Shown here: piece by piece, positions 37,913 through 48,123 of the stretch
How positions within the stretch are numbered: position 1 is the stretch's first letter
Layout: each line of letters opens with the position of its first letter
Origin: a bacterium
GTDB lineage: Bacteria > UBA8248
Direction of reading: 5' to 3'
Length of the DNA stretch: 64,000 bases
Assembly (NCBI GenBank): GCA_965221165.1
Contig: CBDCRP010000003.1
Location: 1,696,001 to 1,760,000 of the forward strand
Notes under the pieces: model-generated
Databases searched by the model: none
Told to the model about the DNA's origin: nothing
The model's input: only the letters and a program-made list of their open reading frames with translations
Translations under genes and position numbers: made by a program

Positions 37913-38773
37913 TTATTCGCGCAGCGTTCCCCAACGCTGAACCGTGGTCAGCTCGATGCTCCGCAAGAAAACACGCTCTACGATCACGCCCAGGATGCCG
38001 ACGACCACCACGCCCCCGTACATCATATCCGCCGCCAGGAAATCCCGGGCCGCGAAAATCCGAAAACCCAATCCCGCCTCGAGAGCGACTATCATCTCGC
38101 CGGTCACGACGATGCGCCACGCGCGGCTGAACGCAATCCGGTAGCCCGCGATGAGGCTCGGCATCGCGCCCGGAACCATCACCTGAAAGAAAAGCGTCAT
38201 GCCCTTTGCGCCCATGGCCCTGCCCGCGCGGATGAGGGACGCATCCACGGTCTTCACCCCCGTCCAGGCGCTCACCATCACGGTGATCATTCCCTCGAAC
38301 CAGAGCACGGAGATGAGGGTGAAATCACTCAGTCCGAACCACAGGATGACGATGGGAAACAGCGCGAGACCCGGCACGGCCAGAAAAAAGTACATCGGCG
38401 GCGCGAGAGCCCGCTCCACCGTCTTGTTCATTCCCATCACCAGCCCGACCAGGGTTCCCGAAACGATGGCGAGGGCCGCCCCGACCAGGAGCCGGTAGAG
38501 TGAAACGTAGATGTCGAGCCAGAGGATGCCGGACTTCGCCTGCTTCACCATCGTGAACCAGATGACTTCCAGGGGAGGAAAAAGGACGGGATGAAGCGTT
38601 CCCGAATGCGCGAGCAACTCCCAGAAGATGAGCAATCCGATGAGAGGCGCAGTCATCTGAAAGAGCGCTTTACCGGAGTTTCGGAAAACCACGTTCCAGT
38701 TCGGAGGCCCGAGTTTTCTCTCTGTCCCCGGCGGCGCTCCGGGCTGTTCTTGCGCTTTATCGGCCGTCGCCAC
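37913..38773 (-). CDS. ABC transporter permease (TauC/SsuC type)
   Basis: Multi-TM, RAGRAMGA EAA loop, AW...GEM...GLG. Confidence 0.92.
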   Translation of the reverse strand: MATADKAQEQPGAPPGTERKLGPPNWNVVFRNSGKALFQMTAPLIGLLIFWELLAHSGTLHPVLFPPLEVIWFTMVKQAKSGILWLDIYVSLYRLLVGAALAIVSGTLVGLVMGMNKTVERALAPPMYFFLAVPGLALFPIVILWFGLSDFTLISVLWFEGMITVMVSAWTGVKTVDASLIRAGRAMGAKGMTLFFQVMVPGAMPSLIAGYRIAFSRAWRIVVTGEMIVALEAGLGFRIFAARDFLAADMMYGGVVVVGILGVIVERVFLRSIELTTVQRWGTLRE

Positions 38774-38787
38774 GAAAATTTCCTTTC

Positions 38788-40137
38788 TCAGCTTCCGAGA
38801 GCCGTTATTCGTCCGCTTCCAAGAGCTTCTATTTGTCCGGGCTCGGGCAGGTTCGCGTAGGGGTCCTGCGCGATGGCGGAGGCGTTACGCTCCCGCGTGC
38901 ACAGATCCAGCGCTGCGAGGGCGAATATTTTTGTCGTGTCCACCAGCGCGTCGACGTGGATGTGCTCGCCCATGTCGGCGTTCCAGCCGTAACCCGCCGT
39001 CGCCGTTCGGCCCGCCAATCCGTAAGTGATGGTCTGAATGCCGTAGCGGTTCATGTGGGCGGCGTCGAGATAGGAAGTCTTCACGATGATGTTGGGCTTC
39101 TCCCCCATGATTTGCTCGTGCGCCCGGATCATCGCCTTGGAAGGCAGCGAATCGACGGGAATTCCGGAGGGTGGATGCGAGGAGAACACCTCGACCTTGG
39201 CCCCGATGTCGGGCTGCTCTTCGTTCACCTGCGCGATCATCGCCTTGAATTCCGCCTCCACGTCCTGGACCCTTTGTCCCGGAACCAGGCGAACGTCCAC
39301 GTAAAGACGGCACTCGATGGGCGAGCGCGCACAGCGGTAAGGCCACCCGCCCTCGATCGCAGCCATGTTCACGTGGGGGCGTTCCCCCAGGAATTCATTG
39401 CGTCCCCGGTACTCGGGAATCCATTTCCGAATGGCCGCCTGCACCCTTTCCATCCGCTCGATAGCGCTTGCCGTATAGTCGCCATAGCACGTATGGCCCA
39501 TCAGCCCCCGTGTCGTGAGCTTGAACCACACCGTGCCCCCGTGCCAGGGCGCGACCTGCATGCCGGTCGGCTCGCCGAGAATGCAAAAATCCGTCAGATA
39601 ACCGTGCGAGATGAGGTGCCGGGTGCCGACGCCGTAGCCGTCATAAAGCACGTCCTGGTATTGGTCGATCCGGTTTTTTTCAATCTCTCCCACGACGGAG
39701 GCCAGGACGATGTCGCCCTTGAGTTCCACGCCCGCGTCCGCGAGGGCCTTCGCCGCGCCTAAGTAGGAGACGTCGGCGCTTTTCATGTTGGCCGCGCCGT
39801 TTCCGAAAATCCAGTCCCCTTCGCGAATCGCCTTGTTCTTGTAACCCGGCTGGGTGAGTTCGGGCTCCTCGCCGGAATAGGAGGTATCCAGATGGCCGTT
39901 GAACATCAGGGAATAACCGCCGCCGGCGCCCGGCGAGATGCCGACCGCGTTGTAGCGGCCCTCGGCCACCGTTTGCAGATGCGCCTCGAAGCCGGCCTCC
40001 TCGTACTTCGCGTGCATGTAGCGGGCCGCCTCTTCCTCCGATCCGGTGGGGCTCGGTATATCCACGAGTTCCATGGTGGTTTTCACGAGGAACTCCTCAT
40101 CCACCGCGTCGACGACTTTCTTTTGAAGCTCATCCAT
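38788..40137 (-). CDS. M20A (ArgE/DapE-like) amidohydrolase
   Basis: IPSPTGSE, FNGHLDT, GAANMK, GEPT, GEHI. Confidence 0.88.
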   Translation of the reverse strand: MDELQKKVVDAVDEEFLVKTTMELVDIPSPTGSEEEAARYMHAKYEEAGFEAHLQTVAEGRYNAVGISPGAGGGYSLMFNGHLDTSYSGEEPELTQPGYKNKAIREGDWIFGNGAANMKSADVSYLGAAKALADAGVELKGDIVLASVVGEIEKNRIDQYQDVLYDGYGVGTRHLISHGYLTDFCILGEPTGMQVAPWHGGTVWFKLTTRGLMGHTCYGDYTASAIERMERVQAAIRKWIPEYRGRNEFLGERPHVNMAAIEGGWPYRCARSPIECRLYVDVRLVPGQRVQDVEAEFKAMIAQVNEEQPDIGAKVEVFSSHPPSGIPVDSLPSKAMIRAHEQIMGEKPNIIVKTSYLDAAHMNRYGIQTITYGLAGRTATAGYGWNADMGEHIHVDALVDTTKIFALAALDLCTRERNASAIAQDPYANLPEPGQIEALGSGRITALGS

Positions 40138-40257
40138 GATTCTCGATTCTCCTCGACTCACCCGCGATGCGCGCGCAAAACTTCTTTCGCCCCTCCGGAG
40201 GGATGAATCGTCCTTCCGGAGGGGCAGGGGGAAAGGTGTTCCGGGTTATCTCTCGCC

Positions 40258-41253
40258 TTACTTCATCAAATTAAAGTAGGCGTTCTCCACCAACTGGGTG
40301 TCGATGTGGGCGGTGACGTCGATGCGCTTGGGCAGCTTGCCCTTCTTCACGCTGACTTCCACTCCGTCCTGCACTTCCTTGATGTCCCTGTGCGTGATCA
40401 TCGCGCGATCCCAGCGCATGAACCTGTAGAGATTGCTCTTCACCTTCTTGAGGTCGAAGTCGAAGCCCTGGCTCTTCCAGAACTCCTGCACTATCTTCGT
40501 GGACTCATCCCGGTTGCGGTTCAGGAAACGCATAGCCCGAACGTGGGCGTTCATGAAACGCTGCGCGCCGTCCGGGTTTTCCTTCTTGATGTAGGACCAC
40601 GAACTCGTCAGGAAGACGGGGGAAGTGTAGCCCAGCAGATCGTCATACTCCTTCGGCCCCATGACCATCCGGCCCAGGCCCTTGTCGACGATAATCGAAC
40701 CCCAGGGCTCCCAGGTCAGTCCCGCATCCAGCGCGCCGGTCTCGAAGGCGGCGGGCAGCGAACCGGTTTTCGTGTTGCGGATCTTGAAGTCCTTGTCCGA
40801 CAAGCCGATACGCGAGAGATACGTCATCCAGGTGGCCCAGGTGCCCGTACCCATCTGCGCGCCCACGGTCTTGCCCTTGAGGTCCATCACCGATTTCGTG
40901 GTCTTGTCCTTCACGGGGACGAGCACCATGTTCTGGTTCCCGTAGCGGTTCAGCGCGATGCCCACGACGTCCAGTCCGCGCGCCGCGATTTGGCCCACGC
41001 GGGAGCCGCGCGTGCTGATGATGTCGGCGGTGCCGCCGATGAGAGCGTCAATCAGCGCGCGGGGACTCGTGACCCTGCGCTTCACGTTGACCCCCTCGGC
41101 TTTGTAATACCCCTTCTTCTCCGCGATGTAGGGGATGGCCGCGTGCGAGGTGTTGTCGTGAATCAAGTTGATGACGCCTTTCGCCGCCAGCGCATTCGTG
41201 GTCATTCCGAATACAGCGATAGTTGCAATCAAAACCAGGCCGAACTTTTTCAT
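40258..41253 (-). CDS. ABC substrate-binding protein (SsuA/NMT1 type)
   Basis: Signal peptide, IAEKKGYY..EG, DLKGKTVG, TWEP. Confidence 0.9.
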   Translation of the reverse strand: MKKFGLVLIATIAVFGMTTNALAAKGVINLIHDNTSHAAIPYIAEKKGYYKAEGVNVKRRVTSPRALIDALIGGTADIISTRGSRVGQIAARGLDVVGIALNRYGNQNMVLVPVKDKTTKSVMDLKGKTVGAQMGTGTWATWMTYLSRIGLSDKDFKIRNTKTGSLPAAFETGALDAGLTWEPWGSIIVDKGLGRMVMGPKEYDDLLGYTSPVFLTSSWSYIKKENPDGAQRFMNAHVRAMRFLNRNRDESTKIVQEFWKSQGFDFDLKKVKSNLYRFMRWDRAMITHRDIKEVQDGVEVSVKKGKLPKRIDVTAHIDTQLVENAYFNLMK

Positions 41254-41335
41254 CTTACTCTCCTCCACGTTTGAGAACGCATTGCCTCTACGTCAACCAG
41301 AGATAAAACGACCAAAACCGACCAAGAGCTCCTTT

Positions 41336-41698
41336 TTACTCTCTCGCCGGGTGAAATACGGCCAGCAGCTTTACGTCCTTCTCTCCTCCCGTCATGCTCC
41401 GGTGCATGGTTTTCCGGGGAAGAAAAATGCAGTCTCCCCCTCGAAACTCGATGCTCTTATCCTCGAGTTCGTATCGGCCTTCGCCATCGATGATGTAGAT
41501 GAGTTCGTCTTCTTCGTGATCGTGCCATTCGTGGGTCTCGCCCGGACGAAAAACCGTCAGCCAGGCGTCGACGTTCCAGCCGTGGTCTTCTCGCGAAGTC
41601 ATCCGCCAGGCTTGCGCTCCACCGTCGAGCACTTTGTGCTTCCGGGTTTCCGGCCTTATCAGGCAGGCTTCGCGTTCGGCCAATCCGTCATCTCCCAA
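41336..41698 (-). CDS. Cupin-domain protein
   Basis: HEWHDHEEDELIYIIDG...GDCIFLP...H. Confidence 0.85.
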   Translation of the reverse strand: MGDDGLAEREACLIRPETRKHKVLDGGAQAWRMTSREDHGWNVDAWLTVFRPGETHEWHDHEEDELIYIIDGEGRYELEDKSIEFRGGDCIFLPRKTMHRSMTGGEKDVKLLAVFHPARE

Positions 41699-41814
41699 GC
41701 CGTTACTCGGCGAGCGCGATGAAACCGCCGCTCATGGTTTTTGGATGATATTCGAAGATGCTATCACTTGACCCGAAAATGTCAATCGCGCGGGCATACC
41801 CGGGCTCACCACCC

Positions 41815-43296
41815 TCAGGTCTTTTTCGCGCGCCCTCTGCGGAAGATACCGTCGTAGAAGGTGAACACGGAAACGGCCATCAGAAGGGTGGCGATGGGGC
41901 TCGAGAGGAAATACCAGAACGGCTTGTTCTCGAATGTGATCAGGGCGCGGCGCAGATTCTCATCGGCCAGGGAGCCGAGGATGATGGCCAGAACCATGGG
42001 CGCCAGCGGAAGGCCCAAGCTTCTGAGAGCATAGCCGACGAAGCCCGAGGCCAGCATCACGTAGACGTCGAACATGCTCAGGCGCACGGCGTACGCCCCC
42101 AGGATGCAGATGGGGATGATGATGGGCATCAACAGGGTGCGGGGCAGGCTGTAGAGCTTCACCGCCGGCTTCACCAGCAGGAGGCCGAACACGTACATCA
42201 GGAAGTTGGCCACGATGAGCGCCCCGTAGATGAAATACACCAAGCCGGGGTTTTCGATGTTGATCGTGGGGCCCATCACCACGTGCTTGAGTTCCAGAGC
42301 GGCCATGAAGGCGGCGGCGGGCGGACTGCCCGGAATCCCGAGCGTGAGCGTGGGGAGAATGGTTCCTCCGATACAAGCGTTATTCGCCACCTCCCCGCAC
42401 ACGATGCCCTCGTAACTCCCCTTGCCGAACTTCGCGCGTTCTTCGGGACTCGCCCGGCGCTTGCCCACGTCGTAGGCCACGAAGGCGGCTATGTTCCCGC
42501 CCGCACCGGGGATGGCGCCAATCACCGTGCCGATGATGCCCGAGCGCACCGATGAGCGGGCGTATCGCCAGAGCATGGAGAAGGGAGGCACCACACGGTC
42601 CACTTTTTCGGGAATCGTGGACGGCTCTTTCTGGGGAAGCACCCAGAGAACCTCGGTGAGGCCGAAAAAACCGATGATCACCGGAATATAGCTGATGCCG
42701 TCCTCTAAGAGCACGTTTCCGAAGGTGAAGCGCGGAAAGCCGTATATGTTGTCGAGCCCGACGAAGGCGATGAGGAGCCCCAGCCAGCCGGATATCCAGC
42801 CCTTGATGGGGGCCTCGCCCGAGGTGAGCGTTCCGCAAATGGCGATCCCCCAAAGTGCCAGGAGGAACATCTCCCAGGAGCGGAACTGCAGGGCGATGAG
42901 CAAAATGAGGGGGATGAACGCCACCAGAAGCAGGATGCCCACCCAGTTCCCGAGAAACGAAGCCACCAGGGCGGTGCCCAGCGCCAGTCCGCCCTCCCCC
43001 CTTTGGGCCAGGGGGTACCCCTCGATCATGGTGGGAACGGCGGCGGGCGTGCCGGGGATGTTGATCAATACAGCGGTGATCGAACCGCCGAAGACGCTCG
43101 CCGTATACACGCCCAGCAGGAACATGATGGCCACGTCCTGGCTCATCTGGGTGGAAAGCCCGATCAGGAGCACCATGGACATGGTCGTCGAGATGCCCGG
43201 CATCGACCCCCAGAGCAATCCCAGGATGGTGCCCAGCATGCAGATGAACACCAGATACGGGTTCAGCGCATGGATGAGTTGCTCGATAAAAAACAT
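41815..43296 (-). CDS. TctA tripartite tricarboxylate transporter permease
   Basis: GSMPGI, GGSITAVLINIPGTP, EVANNA, GIPGSPP. Confidence 0.93.
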   Translation of the reverse strand: MFFIEQLIHALNPYLVFICMLGTILGLLWGSMPGISTTMSMVLLIGLSTQMSQDVAIMFLLGVYTASVFGGSITAVLINIPGTPAAVPTMIEGYPLAQRGEGGLALGTALVASFLGNWVGILLLVAFIPLILLIALQFRSWEMFLLALWGIAICGTLTSGEAPIKGWISGWLGLLIAFVGLDNIYGFPRFTFGNVLLEDGISYIPVIIGFFGLTEVLWVLPQKEPSTIPEKVDRVVPPFSMLWRYARSSVRSGIIGTVIGAIPGAGGNIAAFVAYDVGKRRASPEERAKFGKGSYEGIVCGEVANNACIGGTILPTLTLGIPGSPPAAAFMAALELKHVVMGPTINIENPGLVYFIYGALIVANFLMYVFGLLLVKPAVKLYSLPRTLLMPIIIPICILGAYAVRLSMFDVYVMLASGFVGYALRSLGLPLAPMVLAIILGSLADENLRRALITFENKPFWYFLSSPIATLLMAVSVFTFYDGIFRRGRAKKT

Positions 43297-43299
43297 GGC

Positions 43300-43941
43300 C
43301 TACCCCGAGCCCGGCAGCGGAATCCTGAAACCGTAGCGAAACGCGGCGGCCAGAACCATAGTCGATACGAAAGAGACGACGAGACACCGCAGAAAGGTCT
43401 TCGGCCAGAAGATGCGAAGGACAATCGCCAGCATGGGGATGGTGACGGCCTCGAAGCTGCTGAAACCGAACCGCCATCCCGCAATCTCCAGCGGGATCGC
43501 GACCTCGAACGTCACCCAATCGATGAGAAATATATAGAAAACCACCACGCCCATCAGGATGAGCGCCCATTGGTTCTCATAATCGGAGAAATAACCGCGC
43601 AGCAACTCTCCAGGCGAGAAATCCATACTCTCCCAGGCGCCCTTTTTGCGGGCGCTCGCCGCGAGACCCACGGTCATGGCCAGCAGGCTCAAGCCCGTCA
43701 AGACGGGCATGAAGCCCGGTGCGGTGAAGATGTTGCTCTCCGGGTTGGGCATGAGCAGCCCGAGGATAATGGCGAGAACCGCCACGGCGCCCACGAAGAT
43801 CGCCACCACCAGATCCTTTCCCGGAGTGGCGCCGTCCGCTCCCTCTTCGGAGAGAAGGGGGGAGGCGACGGAACTTTCCGGCTCATCCGCAGCTTCTGCA
43901 GGCGGATAGGTCTTGCGGTCATCGTCGTTCGAAGAAACCAT
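43300..43941 (-). CDS. TctB-like small permease
   Basis: TM segments, APGFMP, FRIPLP; between tctC and tctA. Confidence 0.78.
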   Translation of the reverse strand: MVSSNDDDRKTYPPAEAADEPESSVASPLLSEEGADGATPGKDLVVAIFVGAVAVLAIILGLLMPNPESNIFTAPGFMPVLTGLSLLAMTVGLAASARKKGAWESMDFSPGELLRGYFSDYENQWALILMGVVVFYIFLIDWVTFEVAIPLEIAGWRFGFSSFEAVTIPMLAIVLRIFWPKTFLRCLVVSFVSTMVLAAAFRYGFRIPLPGSG

Positions 43942-43989
43942 GCAACTCTCTCGGCATAGAACAAATCAAGGAAAACGGCCTTCCCGATA

Positions 43990-44016
43990 GGGCCGCCTCG
44001 TCTCTGGGGCGGCCCT
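43990..44016. terminator. Intergenic hairpin after tctC
   Basis: GGGCCGCCTC...GGGGCGGCCC inverted repeat. Confidence 0.45.
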
Positions 44017-44046
44017 ATCGGGGCAGGCATTGCGTGATAAGCCCCT

Positions 44047-45195
44047 CTAGCTCATGCGGGGCTTGTATCCCTTGGGTGGCCACCAGGCGTCGAAATCCTT
44101 CGGGTCGGGCAATCCGAGTTCCTTGGGTCCGCGCACCTTTTTGCCGATGTGCTTCTGCAGCTTGAGCAACGTCGCAGCGCTCAGGCACTCGAGCTGCGCG
44201 GCCCGGCGATCCGCGTCCGCCCCCACGCGGATGTCGATCTGGAAGTACTTGCGCGTGGCGATTTTCCCGAAGGCTTCGGAATTGGCGGCCGCGATCCAGA
44301 CCGGCTTGATCTTCTCGAGCACGTCGACGGGCGTCTGCCGCCTCAGGGCGATGCTGTACATCCCGCCCATCGGTAACAGGGCCTTGAGCGCGGGTATGTA
44401 GTTGGCGATGTTGTAAGCCTTCCCGTAATCGGGGATGTCCAGATCCTTCGGCCCCGTGTGCATGAGGTTTCTCAGTTTGCCCGCCCGCAGGAATTCGACG
44501 TGTTCGTGCACGCCTCCACCGGCGATGTCCACCTCGCCTTGTAAGCCCGCGACGGTTGCGGGTTTTCCGCCCTTGTAGGGCACGAAGCGCAATTCGATGC
44601 CCGCTGCGTCCGCGACGGTGGCGCCCACCTCGTGCCAGATGCTGCCCACGCCCGAAGTCGAGATGGTGAGCTTGCCGGATTTCTTCTTGGCCGCGGCGAC
44701 TACGTCGTTGAAGGTCTTGAAAGGCGAGTCGGGCCGCACCGACCAGCTCGCGAGCGAAGCAGCCGCCGCGAAGTGCTGCCAGTCCACCCACGCCGCCGAA
44801 TCCGCGTATCCCATCGGCCGGACGAATTTGTTGTAGTTCCCGGCGCCCAGCCAGGTGTAGCCGTCCGCCGCCTTGTTGAGCACGTACCGGGTGGCTATCC
44901 CTCCCACCGAGCCGGGACGGTTGATGACGTTGACGGGCCAGCCGGTAGAGCGGGCCATCTCGCCGCACAGGGTGCGGATGACGGTGTCCGTGCCGCCGCC
45001 CGCGGCGTACATCACCACCCCCGTGATGGGGCGCGCGGGCCAGTTCGCGGCGCTCGCCTTTCTGGTCGTGAACACCATGGGTGCCACCGCGGCGGCGCCG
45101 GCGACCCCAAGGGTCTGGATAAAGCTCCTGCGCGTGAGATCGGATGATTCGGGGATGATGATTTCGGGATGCTCATGAAACTCTTTGCTGGACAT
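44047..45195 (-). CDS. TctC/Bug substrate-binding protein with Tat signal
   Basis: TRRSFI twin-arginine motif, WPARPI, AAGGGTD, DGYT, VPYKGG; start set to ATG 45195. Confidence 0.9.
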   Translation of the reverse strand: MSSKEFHEHPEIIIPESSDLTRRSFIQTLGVAGAAAVAPMVFTTRKASAANWPARPITGVVMYAAGGGTDTVIRTLCGEMARSTGWPVNVINRPGSVGGIATRYVLNKAADGYTWLGAGNYNKFVRPMGYADSAAWVDWQHFAAAASLASWSVRPDSPFKTFNDVVAAAKKKSGKLTISTSGVGSIWHEVGATVADAAGIELRFVPYKGGKPATVAGLQGEVDIAGGGVHEHVEFLRAGKLRNLMHTGPKDLDIPDYGKAYNIANYIPALKALLPMGGMYSIALRRQTPVDVLEKIKPVWIAAANSEAFGKIATRKYFQIDIRVGADADRRAAQLECLSAATLLKLQKHIGKKVRGPKELGLPDPKDFDAWWPPKGYKPRMS

Positions 45196-45545
45196 GATGC
45201 TCTCCTCCGGTTGAGATGAAAGGGCCGCTTGAGATAAAACGGCGACCGGGCACAGAACGTCGTCTGGCGCACGAACTGTCCAGAATTTCCTATTCTGTTT
45301 TTCGACTGACTGGATTTTATCACAAAAGGCGCACGGCATTGCAAACCATAATTTTGGGGACGCGGGCGAGAACTCTCTTCCGGTCGCGTCGGTATTATTT
45401 ATAACCGCATTCTCTCGATAAAACCGGGGAATAGTTCTTCATCCAATCGTAACCCGCTCAACACCCAATCGTAATTTGGCTGTGATAAAATAGGCCGAAT
45501 GCGAAAAAGAGATGAATTCCACCTCACCAGAAGGAAACGCGAGAT

Positions 45546-46574
45546 ATGAAGCTAGGCGTATTGACGGGGGGCGGAGACTGCCCCGGCCTGAACGCGGTCA
45601 TCCGCGCGGTGACGGCATCGAATTTTCATCGCGGGAGCCATACGTTGGGCATTCGCCGTGGCTGGCGCGGCCTGGTGGATGGGGATTTCGTCGAAATTAC
45701 GGGCCCGATGATCTCGGGTATCCTCGATAAGGGCGGAACCATTCTGGGCTCCTCGAGAACGAACCCCACAAAAGACCCGGCCATGCTCGAACAACTCAAG
45801 GAAAACTGGCGCGCCTCGCGCATCGACGGCCTCATCGCCATCGGGGGGGATGATACGCTGAGCGTCGCCGCCTTCCTGAACAAGGAGGGCATGAACGTCA
45901 TCAGCGTGCCCAAGACGATAGACAACGACATCGGCTTCACGGACTACTCGTTCGGCTTCCACACCGCCGTCGGCGTCATCACCGACGCCATCGACCGCCT
46001 GCGCACCACGGCGGAGGCGCACGACCGCGTCATCATTTTAGAAGTCATGGGACGCCACTCGGGCTGGCTCGCCACCTATGCGGGAATCGCCGGCGGCGCG
46101 GACCTCATCCTCGTGCCCGAGCGTCCCTTCGACATCGAGGAGGTTGTCTCTGTTCTCAAGGCGCGCTTCGCACGCAGGCGCAACTTCGCCAACGTGGTCG
46201 TGGCCGAGGGCGCAAAGCCCGAAGGGATAGATAACTACATCACGCGCAGCGAGGCGGTGGATGAGTTCGGGCACGTGCAGCTTGGCGGAGTCGGCGAATA
46301 CCTCGCCCAGCAAATCGGGGACAGGATGAACGTGGATACGCGCGCCGTCATCCTGGGACACATCCAGCGAGGCGGCTCCCCCGTGCCCTACGACAGGGTG
46401 CTGGCGACGCGCCTGGGCGTGCGGGCGAGCGAATTCGCGCACGAGGGAACCTGGGGCGTCATGGCCGCGCTGCAGGGCCGCGACATCAACCCGGTTCCAC
46501 TGGGAGAAGTGCTCGGAAAGGTGAACACGCTGCGCGAGGATTTCTTCGACACCTCGGCGCTGTTTTTCGGATAG
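45546..46574 (+). CDS. pfkA: 6-phosphofructokinase (group III; likely PPi-dependent)
   Basis: LTGGGDCPGLN, GGTILGSSR, GGDDT, PKTIDND, EVMGR, LGHIQRGG. Confidence 0.93.
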   Translation: MKLGVLTGGGDCPGLNAVIRAVTASNFHRGSHTLGIRRGWRGLVDGDFVEITGPMISGILDKGGTILGSSRTNPTKDPAMLEQLKENWRASRIDGLIAIGGDDTLSVAAFLNKEGMNVISVPKTIDNDIGFTDYSFGFHTAVGVITDAIDRLRTTAEAHDRVIILEVMGRHSGWLATYAGIAGGADLILVPERPFDIEEVVSVLKARFARRRNFANVVVAEGAKPEGIDNYITRSEAVDEFGHVQLGGVGEYLAQQIGDRMNVDTRAVILGHIQRGGSPVPYDRVLATRLGVRASEFAHEGTWGVMAALQGRDINPVPLGEVLGKVNTLREDFFDTSALFFG

Positions 46575-46747
46575 CCCGCCGAGCATCTCCCCGCATTTCC
46601 GCGCATATGCCGGTGCGGCGTTTCGCCCGGACCCCCTAGACTCGGCAAAGTACCGAACGCGGGAGGGTGGTGCGCCCGCGCCGGGGGTGAATTCGGGAAA
46701 GTAATTTTCGGGAATTTGTCGAATTTTGTCGAAATTTTCAGATATTC

Positions 46748-47098
46748 GGCGGCGACCGGCTGGTCGGCGGCGAGGGCAAAGACCGCATCTACGGCCGCTA
46801 GGGCAAAGACACCCTCACCGGCGGAACCGGGGACGACACGCTCACCGGCGTGGCCGGGGCCGACACCTTCGTGTTCAACCCCGATGACGGGAACGACACG
46901 ATCGCCGATTTCGAAAACGGCGCGGACAAGATCGATCTCTCCGCCGTCTCCTCGATAAGCGGGTATTCCGACCTCACGATCACGCAGGAGGGCGACGACA
47001 CGAAGATCGACTTGAGCGCCCACGGCGGGAGCGAGATAATACTCGATAATTTCACCTCGACCGATCTGGACGCGTCGGATTTCGAGTTTGGGATGTAG
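46748..47098 (+). pseudogene. Truncated RTX/hemolysin-type Ca-binding repeat gene
   Basis: GGxGxD repeats with no start codon, in-frame TAG at 46799-46801, ends DASDFEFGM*. Confidence 0.7.
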
Positions 47099-47209
47099 CG
47101 CGCATCCGGGCCGCTTGCACGTGCCGGCTTGAAACATCAAAATCGCTGCAACCATGAAATCCCCGCCATCTCATAATGGAGACGACGGGAATGGAAAAGG
47201 AGATACCCC

Positions 47210-47620
47210 ATGACGGACGAAACCAAAATAGGCACTGAGTTTGGCGACGTATTATATGGCGGCGAAGGCGACGACGAATTGTATGGCGGCGCGGGCAAAG
47301 ACCAGCTGTTCGGTGGTGATGGGGACGACACCATCGAGGGCGGCGAGCGCGGCGACATACTCACCGGTGGGGCCGGGGCCGACACCTTTGTATATTCCAC
47401 CGGTGACGGAAGAGACACGATCACCGACTTCACCGACGGGGAAGACAAGATCGACCTCTCCGGGACCGGCATCACCAGTTTTGACGACCTGACGTTCAGG
47501 CAGGATGGGAACGACGCCGTGATCGACCTCGGCACCAGCGACAATCCCGACGACGTGATCCTGCTCGAGAACTTCGATATGAACAACTTCGATGCATCGG
47601 ATTTCGACTTTGGGATGTGA
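47210..47620 (+). CDS. Small RTX nonapeptide-repeat protein (T1SS substrate-like)
   Basis: RBS AAGGAGA; [43 protein letters not shown]. Confidence 0.85.
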   Translation: MTDETKIGTEFGDVLYGGEGDDELYGGAGKDQLFGGDGDDTIEGGERGDILTGGAGADTFVYSTGDGRDTITDFTDGEDKIDLSGTGITSFDDLTFRQDGNDAVIDLGTSDNPDDVILLENFDMNNFDASDFDFGM

Positions 47621-47684
47621 TACGCATCCGGGCCGCTCGCCCGGGCCTGTCCGGTCCGGGAACGCAAAAGCCGACGACAACATG

Positions 47685-47722
47685 ATCCCCGCTGTCATGT
47701 CAGGAGACGGCGGGGATTTTTT
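47685..47722 (+). terminator. Rho-independent terminator
   Basis: ATCCCCGCTGTC...GACGGCGGGGAT followed by TTTTT. Confidence 0.7.
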
Positions 47723-47896
47723 GTGTCTCGGGATGAAAAATTCTCTACCCCTCACTTGCGCACAGAGACATCCATCCTCAGGCCATGAGAAGCAGAGTAA
47801 TACCGATTGACGAAGGGAGGGATTGGCGCGTCATTCCGGCGTAGGCCATTAAATGGCTACGAGAGATGAGATGGGCCGCCGGGTCTGCCATATCGA

Positions 47897-47991
<95 letters not shown>

Positions 47992-48088
47992 GCGTCATGT
48001 GGCTACTCGGACAATCGCGAATCGACCATGCGGGGATTTGTATATCACGGACAATGCTGAACTGTCAGTCCGGCATTCACTTTTCGCC

Positions 48089-48117
48089 TTGACTTTTCCT
48101 CTCACTTTTTCGATGAT
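48089..48117 (+). promoter_or_regulatory. Putative sigma70 promoter
   Basis: TTGACT-N17-GATGAT upstream of the candidate ncRNA. Confidence 0.55.
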
Positions 48118-48123
48118 CCCAAG

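Noticed and set aside
45327-45343. Sigma54 promoter-like GGCGCACGGCATTGCA
   Set aside because: GG-to-GC spacing is 11 rather than the required 10
46799-46801. In-frame TAG as pyrrolysine or readthrough
   Set aside because: It falls at a variable position of an RTX repeat in a gene lacking a start codon; no pyl context
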